A stretch of DNA of 61,517 bases from Craspedostauros australis (taxonomy: Eukaryota), in the NCBI GenBank assembly GCA_030167865.1, contig JALAGF010000406.1:1-61517 (forward strand). The letters run 5' to 3'. The position numbers were made by a program, and so were the translations under genes. Positions 47,828 to 59,100 of this stretch are shown one piece after another. Position 1 is the first letter of the stretch. The number at the start of each line of letters is the position of its first letter. The notes under the pieces are model-generated. The model saw only the letters and a program-made list of their open reading frames with translations, did not search any database and was not told the origin of the DNA.

Positions 47828-48742
47828 ATGTCGTTGATCAGCGGAACGATCCGAAAGAACTCCGAGACAGACAATGTGGGCATCGCCTTCAACCGTCGAT
47901 CGCCCAACTCGCCACTCATGATCAGCTGGCTACGTGCGGATGGTCCATTCTCGAAGACGGATCTCGTCGTCGGTCTGTTGCTGCAAAGCATCAACGGGAT
48001 TGATTGCACCCAGTACACACCACAGCAGGCCAACGCAGCCATCCGAAACGCGAAGGTGGGAGACGTCGCAGTGGTGGGGCGTGGTATCATCGCCACGGCC
48101 TTCAAGGAGGAAGCAAATGAAAAGATCGGCATCGGCCTGCGCCAGCACCATGTCAGGGTACGATTGCAAGACGAGCTGCCGCTACCAAAGAAGAAGAAGA
48201 CGAAAAGGCGCTTCCGGAGCATTGGTCGATGCCGCAAGCAGAGTGCGGTGCAAAAGCAGAACATTTCCACCACCGGCACGCCGTACGTGACGATTCACAC
48301 CATCGCAGAGGATGGCCTGTTCAAGTACTCCGATCACCTTGTCGGATTGCAGGTCGCTTCCGTCAACGGCAAGCTCAGCAACGGAATGATGACGCAAACT
48401 TTGCGGGATCTGAGAACAGCAAAGGAGCAAATCTCGTTGGTGGTGTGGGACGAGGCGTGGGCATCCTTCGTTACACCACAGACGCAAGAAGAGCGAAGTC
48501 ACGACGATTCTCCCATCATCATCGCCGAGGAGAGCAAGGAGGAGTACGATTTCTTCCTTTGTGGCATGGGGGATGGATTGTCGCAAAAGAAGACCGTGGC
48601 GGTCGCGGAAGAACAGGACCCATCCTTCTTCACATGGGCCTGCGGTAACAATGACCTTGATGCTGCCATCGAAGCCGTGCCATCCAAAGCCTACGATCTC
48701 CATCTGCTTTCAAGTTCTGACGGCAACGTTCTGGCACAATAG
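47828..48742 (+). CDS. Protein with two PDZ-like domains
   Basis: Repeated pattern: K..DNVGIAF..ISWLRADGPFSKTDLVVGLLLQSING and K..EKIGIGL..IHTIAEDGLFKYSDHLVGLQVASVNG. Confidence 0.75.
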   Translation: MSLISGTIRKNSETDNVGIAFNRRSPNSPLMISWLRADGPFSKTDLVVGLLLQSINGIDCTQYTPQQANAAIRNAKVGDVAVVGRGIIATAFKEEANEKIGIGLRQHHVRVRLQDELPLPKKKKTKRRFRSIGRCRKQSAVQKQNISTTGTPYVTIHTIAEDGLFKYSDHLVGLQVASVNGKLSNGMMTQTLRDLRTAKEQISLVVWDEAWASFVTPQTQEERSHDDSPIIIAEESKEEYDFFLCGMGDGLSQKKTVAVAEEQDPSFFTWACGNNDLDAAIEAVPSKAYDLHLLSSSDGNVLAQ

Positions 48743-49245
48743 CACCTTTTTGCTGTGCTGGGAGTCATGTTCATGAACTATCTCGTATCATGTGTGGGGG
48801 GACGTATCACAAGACATGGCGGCGATAGCCATGCCATCCTGGGTGGTGACGAGTGGCGGCGGTTCGCCTCCGTGTGCTTTGTTCTTGAGCCAATTCATCG
48901 GCCCATGCATGCATTCATCCGTCTATCCATCCACCCATCTAGGGCTTTGTCTGTGTTTCTTCCTTCCCACGCGTTTCCTTGCAGCGTCCCGGCCAAGAGA
49001 GACAGGTTCATTGTCATTGTTACAGATTACTATTGTTTATTGGGGGGGAGTGTTATTTGATGTACCAATAGAGTATCGTACGCAGAGTCATGCGACATGC
49101 ATTGAGTGTGCAAGGACTTCCAACAGTACTAGCAGTAGAACACAAAAATGAGCGACCATCAGCGACCTCCCAACAATTAATGCCTTATGAGACAGAGCAT
49201 GCTGTTCCATGCCAAACAGATTCCCATAGTCATGGAGGGCACCCA

Positions 49246-51912
49246 CTACCATGGCTGTGCCACAATCACGGAAATGACAGCGACCAGAGCTGTCGACAAC
49301 ACAGATGGCACTGTCGTGGAACCTGCCGAATCATCCACTCCGCGGTTGACATTGGTGTCGTCGCCTGTGCCAGCGCTGCTGTCTGTCGGTGTACTTGTTG
49401 GCGCGTCCGTATTCAACAAGTCGAAGGAACAACCAATGATCACATTGCCTGTGCAGCTTCCGGTGAGCTGAGATGTAGCAGAACTTCCAGAGCAACCGAG
49501 AAGCTCCGAGTCGCAAAAATTGTAGCAGTTGCAACTCGTGGAGCTCACTGTCGGGTTTCCCAACAACGTCCGGCACGTTTCGACGGTCGCCAAGTTGTTG
49601 CGGAAGCATTCCTCTTTGCTGTTCGACAAGGCGGTGGGTGGGGAAGTGTCAGTGTCGGCGCTTCCCCCAGTTCCGCCGTTCTCGACTTGGGAGGACGTTG
49701 GAACCTCAGTCGGCTCCGCTCCCGTTGGCCCTGCCGCGGTCGGTTCTGCAGGAGCCAGTGAGGGGGACCCCGTTGGTTCAGATGTCTCCGTGTCGCTACC
49801 GTCGTTTGATGCATCGCATTCTGACTGAGGCACCTGACCCAGGTCTTCTGTCAAGAAGCGCAGGTATGTACCGCCAAGGTCGGTCGGTTCGCTGACGGGC
49901 GCGCATTGATCTATGATCACGCTATCGGGAAGGATGTTCGTGCAATCGACTGAGATATTGAATTGCGCGAGGTTGTTGGGATCACAGAAGCGGCACGAGT
50001 TGCATGTCTCATCACCGATGGTGACTTCGCAAGAACTGATCTCAGTGGCGCCCTCTTCGAAGTTGGCATACTGCCCGTCGAAGCAGATGGTGTTGTTGCC
50101 GAACATCCCATCATACGCGAAGCATTGCTTCGCCGCGATCACGGCAAGGTAGTTCTCCGCCGTCGCTTCGTTGTTAACGAGACCCATCGTGGTGTTGTAG
50201 GTGTCCGTGCCTGCGAAAGCTCTCGCGGACACTGCGCTGCCCCCATTGGCCGACATTGACTTCACACAAAGTGGATTCAGGTGACGGCACGTGGCTGGAA
50301 TGGTTGCTACGACACCGAACGCGGCGCCGTCCAGCGTTGCTTCAGCGTCTGAGCACGAGCATGAGAACTGGGACAATGGGGAGTGCGGGAGATGTTGGTC
50401 GGTGATGTCGACGTAAGCTGGTTCTCCGAAGCCTTCCACCAGATTCTCAATCAGCAAGCACGTAGCGTCTGTGCTCAGCTGCGGTGGCCCGTTAAGAGAG
50501 CTCGCCTCGAAGATGGCCTCGGTCGTGTTGGCCTCGTCTGGGCTGGTCCAATCAAGCGTGAAGTCGCAAACGCCGAGCTGATCGTTGTTGGTAGCCACGA
50601 GGTCATTCATGTACGTCCGAACGCTCTCCCGGAGACTATTCATCGCTACTGCTTCGCATCCCGACGAGGGGATGCACACCGAACGCCCTATGCTGGCTTG
50701 GTAGTACGTGGGAACATCCGGCATCGAGTACGACTCGCATTCGATCTCGAACGAGGCATGGATCACGACGCCGGATGAGGCCGTGCAGACATTGGCAAAG
50801 TCCGATGGCAGGCTCGTTGTGCTGAGCGTATCCAGCCAGCTCACGACGTATTCCGTACCCCACGGTTGGTCGGTGCCGAAGCTGGAGAAGTTCGTGGCGC
50901 TCATGATGTCGGTCATGGCAGTGTCGATTGGTGCGAGGAGCGCGCCGTTGGTCTCGTCGAATGAAGCCACTTGAGCCGCGCACGACTTCTCCAGCTCCGT
51001 GGGGCAGCGCACCAGCGAGTCCTGCTGATAACTGAAGATCGTATTGCGCACGTCTTCATCCACGTCGCCATCCTCCGCCAGCACGCTGGCGCATTGAGAG
51101 GCATTGTAGAAGGACAGATCGGTACCGCCTACAGCCAGGTTCTTGCAATCACCCCCGAAATTGGCAATGTAGTCACCGTTTTCATCGGGGCAGTACTTGC
51201 AGGAGCTGCAGGTGTTATCGTCGATGGAAAGGATGCAGGTGCCGTCATCGGCCCAGGGATCGTCGATGCAGACCGTCTTGCCAGCGATTCCCGCCGGGGT
51301 CATGGTGCTGTCGGAGTATCTGAAGCATTTCCAGATTCGTCTCTCCACCTCGTCGACGGAGAATCGCCACTTGAAGGTGAAGGCGCCGTTGATGGACGAC
51401 GCTTCCGGATCTTCATCTTCGGGAGACAGGAAGCACCGGTCCTCCTGTTGGACGCATTCGACGCTGATTCGCGAGAGAGCCGGATCGCTGATGTCTTCCA
51501 CGCAATCGCATTTCATGATGGATTGGGAACTGTCGTTCATGTCCTGAAACGCATCGTCGTCGGAGAAGTCGCTCATGTAGACGCACCAGCCGTGGCCGTC
51601 CTTTGTCAGCACGTCTGGGTCAAGAGCGAGATCTCGCTTGCCGCGGTTGGCGAATCGGTCCGTCAAACCATCCAACGCCTCGAGCTGCCTTGTGCTGAAC
51701 ATCGGGCGGTACGCGGGGTTGTGATGTGGAGATGTGGAGGGCACGCTGTGCGCAGGCACCGTACCTGCCAGCATCCTTGCCTGGGTGGACTTGGGGACTT
51801 GACCGATCTCGTAATTGGTGTAGATGTGGTCCCTGTTGCCATGCTTGATGGTGGTCGTCATCGCTCTGGCCACTGTCAGCACAAGCAAGAATGCTTCGAT
51901 TGAAACCTTCAT
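49246..51912 (-). CDS. Secreted Cys-rich acidic surface protein, probably GPI-anchored, 888 aa
   Basis: Signal MKVSIEAFLLVLTVARA; RML/RQL/RDL motifs; duplicated Cys module; P/T/S linkers; terminal DSAG..VLSTALVAVISVIVAQPW. Confidence 0.85.
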   Translation of the reverse strand: MKVSIEAFLLVLTVARAMTTTIKHGNRDHIYTNYEIGQVPKSTQARMLAGTVPAHSVPSTSPHHNPAYRPMFSTRQLEALDGLTDRFANRGKRDLALDPDVLTKDGHGWCVYMSDFSDDDAFQDMNDSSQSIMKCDCVEDISDPALSRISVECVQQEDRCFLSPEDEDPEASSINGAFTFKWRFSVDEVERRIWKCFRYSDSTMTPAGIAGKTVCIDDPWADDGTCILSIDDNTCSSCKYCPDENGDYIANFGGDCKNLAVGGTDLSFYNASQCASVLAEDGDVDEDVRNTIFSYQQDSLVRCPTELEKSCAAQVASFDETNGALLAPIDTAMTDIMSATNFSSFGTDQPWGTEYVVSWLDTLSTTSLPSDFANVCTASSGVVIHASFEIECESYSMPDVPTYYQASIGRSVCIPSSGCEAVAMNSLRESVRTYMNDLVATNNDQLGVCDFTLDWTSPDEANTTEAIFEASSLNGPPQLSTDATCLLIENLVEGFGEPAYVDITDQHLPHSPLSQFSCSCSDAEATLDGAAFGVVATIPATCRHLNPLCVKSMSANGGSAVSARAFAGTDTYNTTMGLVNNEATAENYLAVIAAKQCFAYDGMFGNNTICFDGQYANFEEGATEISSCEVTIGDETCNSCRFCDPNNLAQFNISVDCTNILPDSVIIDQCAPVSEPTDLGGTYLRFLTEDLGQVPQSECDASNDGSDTETSEPTGSPSLAPAEPTAAGPTGAEPTEVPTSSQVENGGTGGSADTDTSPPTALSNSKEECFRNNLATVETCRTLLGNPTVSSTSCNCYNFCDSELLGCSGSSATSQLTGSCTGNVIIGCSFDLLNTDAPTSTPTDSSAGTGDDTNVNRGVDDSAGSTTVPSVLSTALVAVISVIVAQPW

Positions 51913-53042
51913 GATGCAAGGAGTGGGCTTGGATCGGCTTCGTTAGGATAGATGGAGTGAGATGGAGCAAGACGAAGTGGGGTGGAGTGGAATTGATGCA
52001 GGAAAGTGGTGATACCGAGTATTCTCGGAGGAGTAAGAACTCGTAGAGTGCTCTGCTCTGCTCTACTTTCGATTCTGGGAAAGCATAGAGAGTGCTTGCG
52101 GGCACTGGTAATCGTGGCAGTATTGGCACAATACTCGTAGCTTGGATGTAACAGTCCTTCGTTCCGCTTACGAGCAGAAGTGATGAGTTGATGGCTTGAC
52201 CAACAGAAAGTGTTTTTGTGGGGAGGATCTCTCGAAGGGCGCACAAGCACCGATTGAGGGTGTGGATGTCTGCGCGAGTACTGTGCGATCGCTCGTCCTC
52301 ATGCTCGTGTGTGGAGGCATGTGTGCCCGCGCGTCTATCGGAGGAAGCTACCGCCGATCAATCGTGTGAATTCCTATTTGGGAAAGGACGCTTGCGCACC
52401 TCATAGGGTGTTTATTGGTGGTGAATTTTTGGTGTTGGAAGAATTTTGTGGTGGTGGGTGTCATTGTTTTTTCGAGCTTCTTTGTGGCCTTGCACGACTT
52501 GTTTAGGATACCGTTCGTCGAGGAGGTGGGGACCTTTGGCTACCGCCAAGGGTTCGCCAGCAAAAACCGCAATAGCCGCAATAGCCGCACTATGGTGCAT
52601 TGTGGGAAGCACCCACATCACCACCAGGAGCAAGGATGTGTCCATGGTGAGCTTGCTTCTGCTTCTCCGCTATGTTGGGACACGCAAGGTGATGTGCGGT
52701 GTTGCAAATTGTGGAGGCGCCGCATCTTTCGGCCTACATGGCTCGTGCGAGCAGGGGATGGTCATGGCACTGTAGAGCGTCCTGCAAATAGTTGATGCTG
52801 ATCACTTCGGCTGCGACAAGCAACCAACACACACACACACTCTCTCTCTCTCTCTCTACGAGTACGACGTGTACTCGTAACATGGCACCGCGCTCTTGTG
52901 CAAGAATTGGGTGTGTCAATGCAATACTACGAAGAGTAGAGTATGATATGTAGAGTTCCTCGAGCACCGAAGAGTAGCGTACCGTACGTATCCATCCTGG
53001 CTACTTTCAACCATGCAATGCCATCCCGCGATGGTCGTCTCT

Positions 53043-54617
53043 TCAATGACATGACAAGTCAAACCCAACCGTCTTCTTCCTCAGCTTTGGCTTGCTGGTT
53101 CGCGGTGGCGTCAAGGTCGACAGGAGACCCGGAGATCGTAATCCTTGTGGTTGCCTGAGGTCGGGGCCATCTGCATCGTTGTCATTGTCGTCGTTACCGC
53201 TCTGGCGTTCACCTTCGCCGTCGCCACCCAGATGGCCAGCGCCTCGGTCGATTGGATACCTTTGATCGCTGATCTCCAACCACGAACTGCTGGCCGGGAT
53301 CCGTTCAGACGTTGCCATGCGATGGTTTCCGTAGAATGACTTGAACGGTCCGCGCGACAGGCCCTCTCGCGTATGTCCCAGCCTCCTGGATGGCGCCGCA
53401 GACGAGACCTTCGGGGATAGAGACCCTTGCTCCGCGAGCGGGGGCGCCGTTCGGGGACGGCTGCGCAGCGACTTTCTCGCCGAGTTCCCTGGGCTTGGCG
53501 CTATCAACGGCGACGCCAAAGGTGGCTGCGGCGGTGCTTGAGGGGCCCGCGCCGAAAGAACCATGGGTGCTGCCGCTGTTCTTGGCTGAGCCTCGTTCAA
53601 AACCCTGCCTTCTCGTGCGGGCAACAGCGTCGCTGATGCCGCGGCGCCTGATAGATCTGTGGTGTCTACACTCTTCGAGTACCTTCCGGAGTTGTTCAGG
53701 ATGGAGGCCGGCAGCGCAGTTGGCACCGAGCGCGTTGACGAAGCCCGGGACGTTCCAACGAGCGTCGGCACTCTTTCGCCCTCATCGTCGCTGTCGATCT
53801 CGCTGTCGATGTCACTGTCGTCGTCATGACCATGCCTTCCTTCACCGCTTGCACCACCTTCGTCGCCGTCGCCGTCATTGTCCGTGTGGCTTGAAGATTC
53901 TTCTGCGATCGCCGCGATCTTCTCGGATTCTTCATCGCTGTTGGTGTCATCGGCACCACTCTCATCATCAAAGGAGTCGATGATCTCGATCTCGCTTGTG
54001 ATTTCAATCTCGGATGTTTTGAAGGCATTCTTGTCGTACTTCACCGTCTTAAATTCCGTCTCGTTTTTCACTGGTTTTGATGCCACAGCGGTAAAGCTCT
54101 TTCGCCATCCAGAGAACAAGCCCTTGCTGCGAAAGGATTGACGTTGCCTGCCACTGCTCCGGCTCTTGTCATTACTGTCTTTGCTGCTGTTGATTTGTTC
54201 ATTGCGAGCATTTGCTCTGCCCGTTCCTTCCTTGCCCATGATGTTGCTTACACCATCGTCGCCGCCAGCACGAGTAGCATCATGGATGCCATCATTCGAG
54301 TCTTCTTGCGCAAAGGAATCCCCGGATGCGTCTTCATCATCCCTGTGATGGTTCCATTCTGAGCTGGTGGAATCGGGGGGAGTCGCCGCTTTGGAACCCC
54401 CAGATGGCAACAGGCTCGCCAGCTGTTTGATTGGCATCTTCAAGGTCTTCATGAAGCCCTTCTTTTTCTTCTTCTTCTTTGGGGTGCGATCTGCCGCATC
54501 GCCATCGTTGCCCATGTCATCTTTGCTCGTGTTCAAGCCGCCGGTGCCACCGTCATTCTGGCCATCGCTGAATGCCACGGCATCATCGGGTGTCTTCTTC
54601 TCGAGCTTTGCCATCAT
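53043..54617 (-). CDS. Hypothetical low-complexity protein (acidic, S/P-rich)
   Basis: ~525 stop-free codons from MMAKLEKK; poly-K NLS-like run; no domain recognised. Confidence 0.65.
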   Translation of the reverse strand: MMAKLEKKTPDDAVAFSDGQNDGGTGGLNTSKDDMGNDGDAADRTPKKKKKKKGFMKTLKMPIKQLASLLPSGGSKAATPPDSTSSEWNHHRDDEDASGDSFAQEDSNDGIHDATRAGGDDGVSNIMGKEGTGRANARNEQINSSKDSNDKSRSSGRQRQSFRSKGLFSGWRKSFTAVASKPVKNETEFKTVKYDKNAFKTSEIEITSEIEIIDSFDDESGADDTNSDEESEKIAAIAEESSSHTDNDGDGDEGGASGEGRHGHDDDSDIDSEIDSDDEGERVPTLVGTSRASSTRSVPTALPASILNNSGRYSKSVDTTDLSGAAASATLLPAREGRVLNEAQPRTAAAPMVLSARAPQAPPQPPLASPLIAPSPGNSARKSLRSRPRTAPPLAEQGSLSPKVSSAAPSRRLGHTREGLSRGPFKSFYGNHRMATSERIPASSSWLEISDQRYPIDRGAGHLGGDGEGERQSGNDDNDNDADGPDLRQPQGLRSPGLLSTLTPPRTSKPKLRKKTVGFDLSCH

Positions 54618-56100
54618 GTAGTATAATATAATATTAAAGAGTCGTTGTGTATGTACGTGTGTCCGTATGTTGATTGGCTTGGCTGGTTTGAGCAGTCTGC
54701 GTGTTGGCATGCGAGTGTGCCGTTGTTGTTGTTGCTGTTGGTGTGAGCAAAGAGCCAGATGTGGGGAAAGTTTGGTGCTGGCGTCGGAACTCCTCTCTGG
54801 TATTATGCGTGTAGCACTGTGAACAGTTGAAGAGATCCACCACCACTACCACTATCACCACACAAGAGATGAAATGAAACGAAGGTGACGATGAGACCAG
54901 CGAGGGAGGCGAATGATGGGGAGAGGGATTCCTGTTGGCGTTCTGCCACTATCTTCAACCTCAGTTGCTTTCTGTGGCCGAATCACCAATCAGCAACGCG
55001 CTTTTGCTTCTTTTCCCCGATGGCCCTTATGAAAAGCCATGGTTCATAATAGCTCGTCGAGTATGTATGGTAACTGTGAATAGAACCTGGATTGGTGCAC
55101 ACGTACTATACACACAAGTATACGCACGAACATGGCACCATCCTCCCTCATCCGCAGAGACAACCACAAACTAGAATCAGAAAACGGATGCAACTGTGAA
55201 TGGTGGATTTTGCCTTACAAGCGAAACGCGAAACGCTCACTGGCTTACAAACAATCTACTCTACACGTACCTGTCGAGGATCGTGTTCCTCCCCTTCCAA
55301 TCCGATCCGGTCCGATCATCGTGGGTTCCATGGGAAGGCAGCTCATGAGAAAGAGCAAGGGATAGTAGTACGCGTATTGCATCACCGCGCTTTGCCTGCC
55401 TCTGTCTCTCCTCTCCATTCTCTGTGCCCTACCGGTCCATGTTCCCGCTCTGCTCCCAGTGCCGCAAACCAAAATGTGAAAGGATCTGTTTGTGCGAGCG
55501 ATGTTCCTGGTGACCAGTGGAGACACGATTCACTTCAGTCGGGTATCGTGATCAGCGTTGGTTCGGTCTTGGCGGAAGGCATATGACGTCATTCAACAAT
55601 ATGATTGGCTGCGCTGCGAATGAGCGAGGCCCAATGTGCCTGGCCGTCGTCAGTGTTGACAACAACAACGAAAGAGAGAAAACGGGAACGAAACTCGAAG
55701 AAGAAGGACGCCATTGTCAGACCGTGTTTTTGCAGCCATCGCGCTGTTTGGGTGTGCGTGTTTTCTCGTGGGACATGCTGGAGTGGTGGTTGTGAGTGAT
55801 GACAGCAACAAACACACAGCAGCAGAGTTTGCGTGTTGAATGGATCAGCACCAACGCGCGCAGAAAACAGCGATCACCACCACTCTCTTCGCACTCTCCC
55901 TCCCACGAGACACTCCAGGGGAAGGACACGCTACATGTCACACGAAGGCCTCTCTTCGAGCAAACAACCGAGCGAACGAACCATCGAAGCAGGACACCAA
56001 CAGGAGGGAGGAAGAAAGCCGACACACAGAGCAACGGGAAGAAAGGTATCTTTTGGGTAAGCAGATCCCGCTGTTGCCACTCTTCGGTAGTTGAAGTCGC

Positions 56101-56138
56101 ATTTGAAGCAACATTTGAAGCAACATTTGAAGCAACAT
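56101..56138 (+). repeat. 12-bp tandem repeat (ATTTGAAGCAAC)x3 upstream of the likely start codon
   Basis: atttgaagcaacatttgaagcaacatttgaagcaacat. Confidence 0.85.
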
Positions 56139-56179
56139 CAACGGTAACAGCATCAACATCAGCAGCGTTAACAACTCTG

Positions 56180-59100
56180 ATGACGACCCCTGCAGCCACT
56201 ATTCCAGCGCTTCGCGGTGGGAGCCACCAATATGCTGGGATAGCTGCCTCGGAGTCACCCCAGGCTTTCCATGTGGTGTACAAGTCCCCTGTGCTGAAGG
56301 CCCCTGCGCTGTTCGTGGATTGGGATGATTGCCTCAGCATCCTCACCAGGTCGCTCGCGCAGCCAGCAGCACCTGGAACACCCGAACCACCGCAAGTCGT
56401 CATCTATCGCTCGTTCGGCGAATTGCACGAGGCGCTCGATTACCTCTTCACGGGGAAACCGCAGACCGCCGATCCTGCTTCCGCCCTTGCGGCTGCAGGC
56501 GGACGCAGCGCTGAACAAGCATCCATCACCACTCGTCTATACCACGCCTTCCTCGACAAGCAGCTCAAGCAGCACGCCAAGACGCAGGCCTCTCTGAAAC
56601 CCGCTGCAGCCCCTGCCCCTGCTGCTTCCGCCGCTGCGGTTCATCATGATGACGACGACGACGATGATGATGATGATGATGACGGGGCTGCGCCAGTAAT
56701 GCTGCTCAATGATGGCGATACGGACAGTGAGAAAAGTGTGGGGAAGAATGGCGGAACAGCACGCCAGGCATCGAGCCAGAGGCGAGAAGATTCGGCCACT
56801 GCGGTCGCCAAGGCAGCATCGAACCATCGCAAGCCCTCTCCTGTGCCAGCATCAGCACAGTCACCAGTACAATTACCAGTACAATCACCAGCACCAGCAT
56901 CAGTGCAGGCACACGTACAAGCACTACTCAGGGCCACAGGCAATGGCAAGCCGAGTGCATCTCCACGCTTTAACACTCCGGAGCCTCGAAGCCGATCTCC
57001 ACTGCTTGCTGCTGCTGCTACTCCAAGATCGGTTGTCGGCACTCCGCAAGCTCGTGTCGAACCTGCCACGTTGGCGCAGCCATTTGAAACATCGATGGAT
57101 GAAGATTCACTTCAGGCTGATCACATCGATGCACAGCATCCTCGAGATCTCATGCTCACGGCCTTCGAATCGCTAGACGATTTCTACGTCTGGCTCAGTT
57201 CGATTGATTCGTTCACAACGATGGCGCGGAACTTCTTCAACAAACATGGCCACTTGTACGTCCAGTCCGTCCTGAATTCCACTTCAGGAAACGGCGGACA
57301 GAAGATCGGGCGCACAGTCGCAGCCGCTCAGATGAGGGGTCTTCGGAAGTTGCTGTTCAAGTCGCATCATGTCCTCTGCGATTACGATCGTTCCACCCCC
57401 CTTCGCCAATCCTTCCCAGCGCTCAAATCGTTAAAGGCGGACCTCAAGGCCATGGGCATGGTCGTCGTCGAAGAGGATCTATCTCCAACGCTATCGCCAG
57501 CTTCCGCTTCGTCGAGGACCGCAAAGCGGAGGAGATTGTCGAAGAAGGAAATGGAATCACCCATCCACACATGTGCGGAAGCCCAAGCGCAAAGGGCGAA
57601 TGCAGAGCACATCCACATGGTCGGGACGACCGCGTGCACCGTCCTCTTCCTGAAAAAGAAGATAGCGAGAGCGCACGAGGTGACTCTCCAATTTGGACGA
57701 CTCGCTGGCGTCTCCAAGAAGGATCGTTCGGATGCCCAGCAGCTTGGCGAGTGGTGCGAATCTTTCGATGACAACCTGGCTGTCTTGCTACGTCAGAAGC
57801 AGGAGTACATCAGGACGAATTTCGCCCATGATTCTGGCGACGGGGTGGCGGAGTCAGAGAGATTCAGGCAGTTCCTGGCGTCATTTCCGCTCCCAGCGGC
57901 ACCAGCTGCAGCTTCGGCAAACGGCGCGACCGAAACACCAGCCGGTCAACCGCACGGTAGTGATAGCATTCGCGATTGGATCCGCGACACAAGCCAAATT
58001 ATCGCAGATTACGGCGTGCGCAAGAAGCGTGCAGAAACTTCCAGGTCGAGACGTTCGATGAGTGCCCAAGCAGCCGCGCCAGATGCTGCTTCTGGTGAGG
58101 AACCAGACAACGCACCGACACCCGATGGAAATGATGCCGCAACACATTCGGGACGCAAGCGCGGCCGTCCCAAGAACAAGAAGGCCGCCATCGACGCTGT
58201 GATGCTGTACGACATCCTGTACACCAAAGATATCGAGGAGAAGATCCAGCAGCTGCTTGGCATGGGCTGGCCTGGCGAGAGCGGGTTCGGTGCTCACAGA
58301 TCGACCACCCCGTCCTCCATTCGCAGTCGACGTTCTTCAAGACCCAACGCCGCTGTTTGGGAAGAACGATTCCAACAGCTCGTGATGTACAAGCAAGAAC
58401 ACGGCACTGCCAATGTCGACGCCAAGTTCAAGCAGTACTCCAAGTTGGTCGGTTGGATCCGAAAGCAAAAGAATGAGAACACAGCGCTCATGGCAGGCCA
58501 GCCGTCGTCGCTCACTATGGAGCAGAAGGCACGATTGGAAGGCCTTGGCCTCAGCCTGAAGGTGAAGACGTTGAAGAGCTGGATGGAGCGAGCCCAGGAG
58601 TGGCAAGCATACAGGGCGACCCATGGCAAAGATCCCCTTCGGTTTTCGAAGGATGGGCTCGGTAAGTGGGCGTGCCAACAGCGCTTCCAGTACCGGCAGC
58701 TGACGCAGTTGGGAAAGAAGTCGAACCTGACCCAAGAACGAATCGACATTCTGACATCGTGGGGATTCAACTGGAAGGCCCACCAACCAGTGAAGAAGCG
58801 GGATATGTCCAAGATCAAGACGTGGGACGAGCGATACGAGGAGCTGTTGCAGTACAAGGAGAAGTACGGCACGACCAAGGTTCCGCAACTCTACCCAGGT
58901 CTTGGACAATGGGTGCACACGCAGCGTACCGACATGCAAAAGTATCTGCTCGGCAACCGCAGCTCGATGACGCCGGAGAAGATCAAGAGCTTGAACGCCA
59001 TCCATTTCTTCTTTGGGAATCGTCGTAAATCCTCGGAAGGAGTTGGCCCCGGTAGCAATCCTGACGAACCCGCCACACCACCCCCAGCTGCAGCTGCAAT

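Noticed and set aside
52412-52795. Short ORFs on both strands with hydrophobic starts
   Set aside because: Short, mutually overlapping, no supporting motif.
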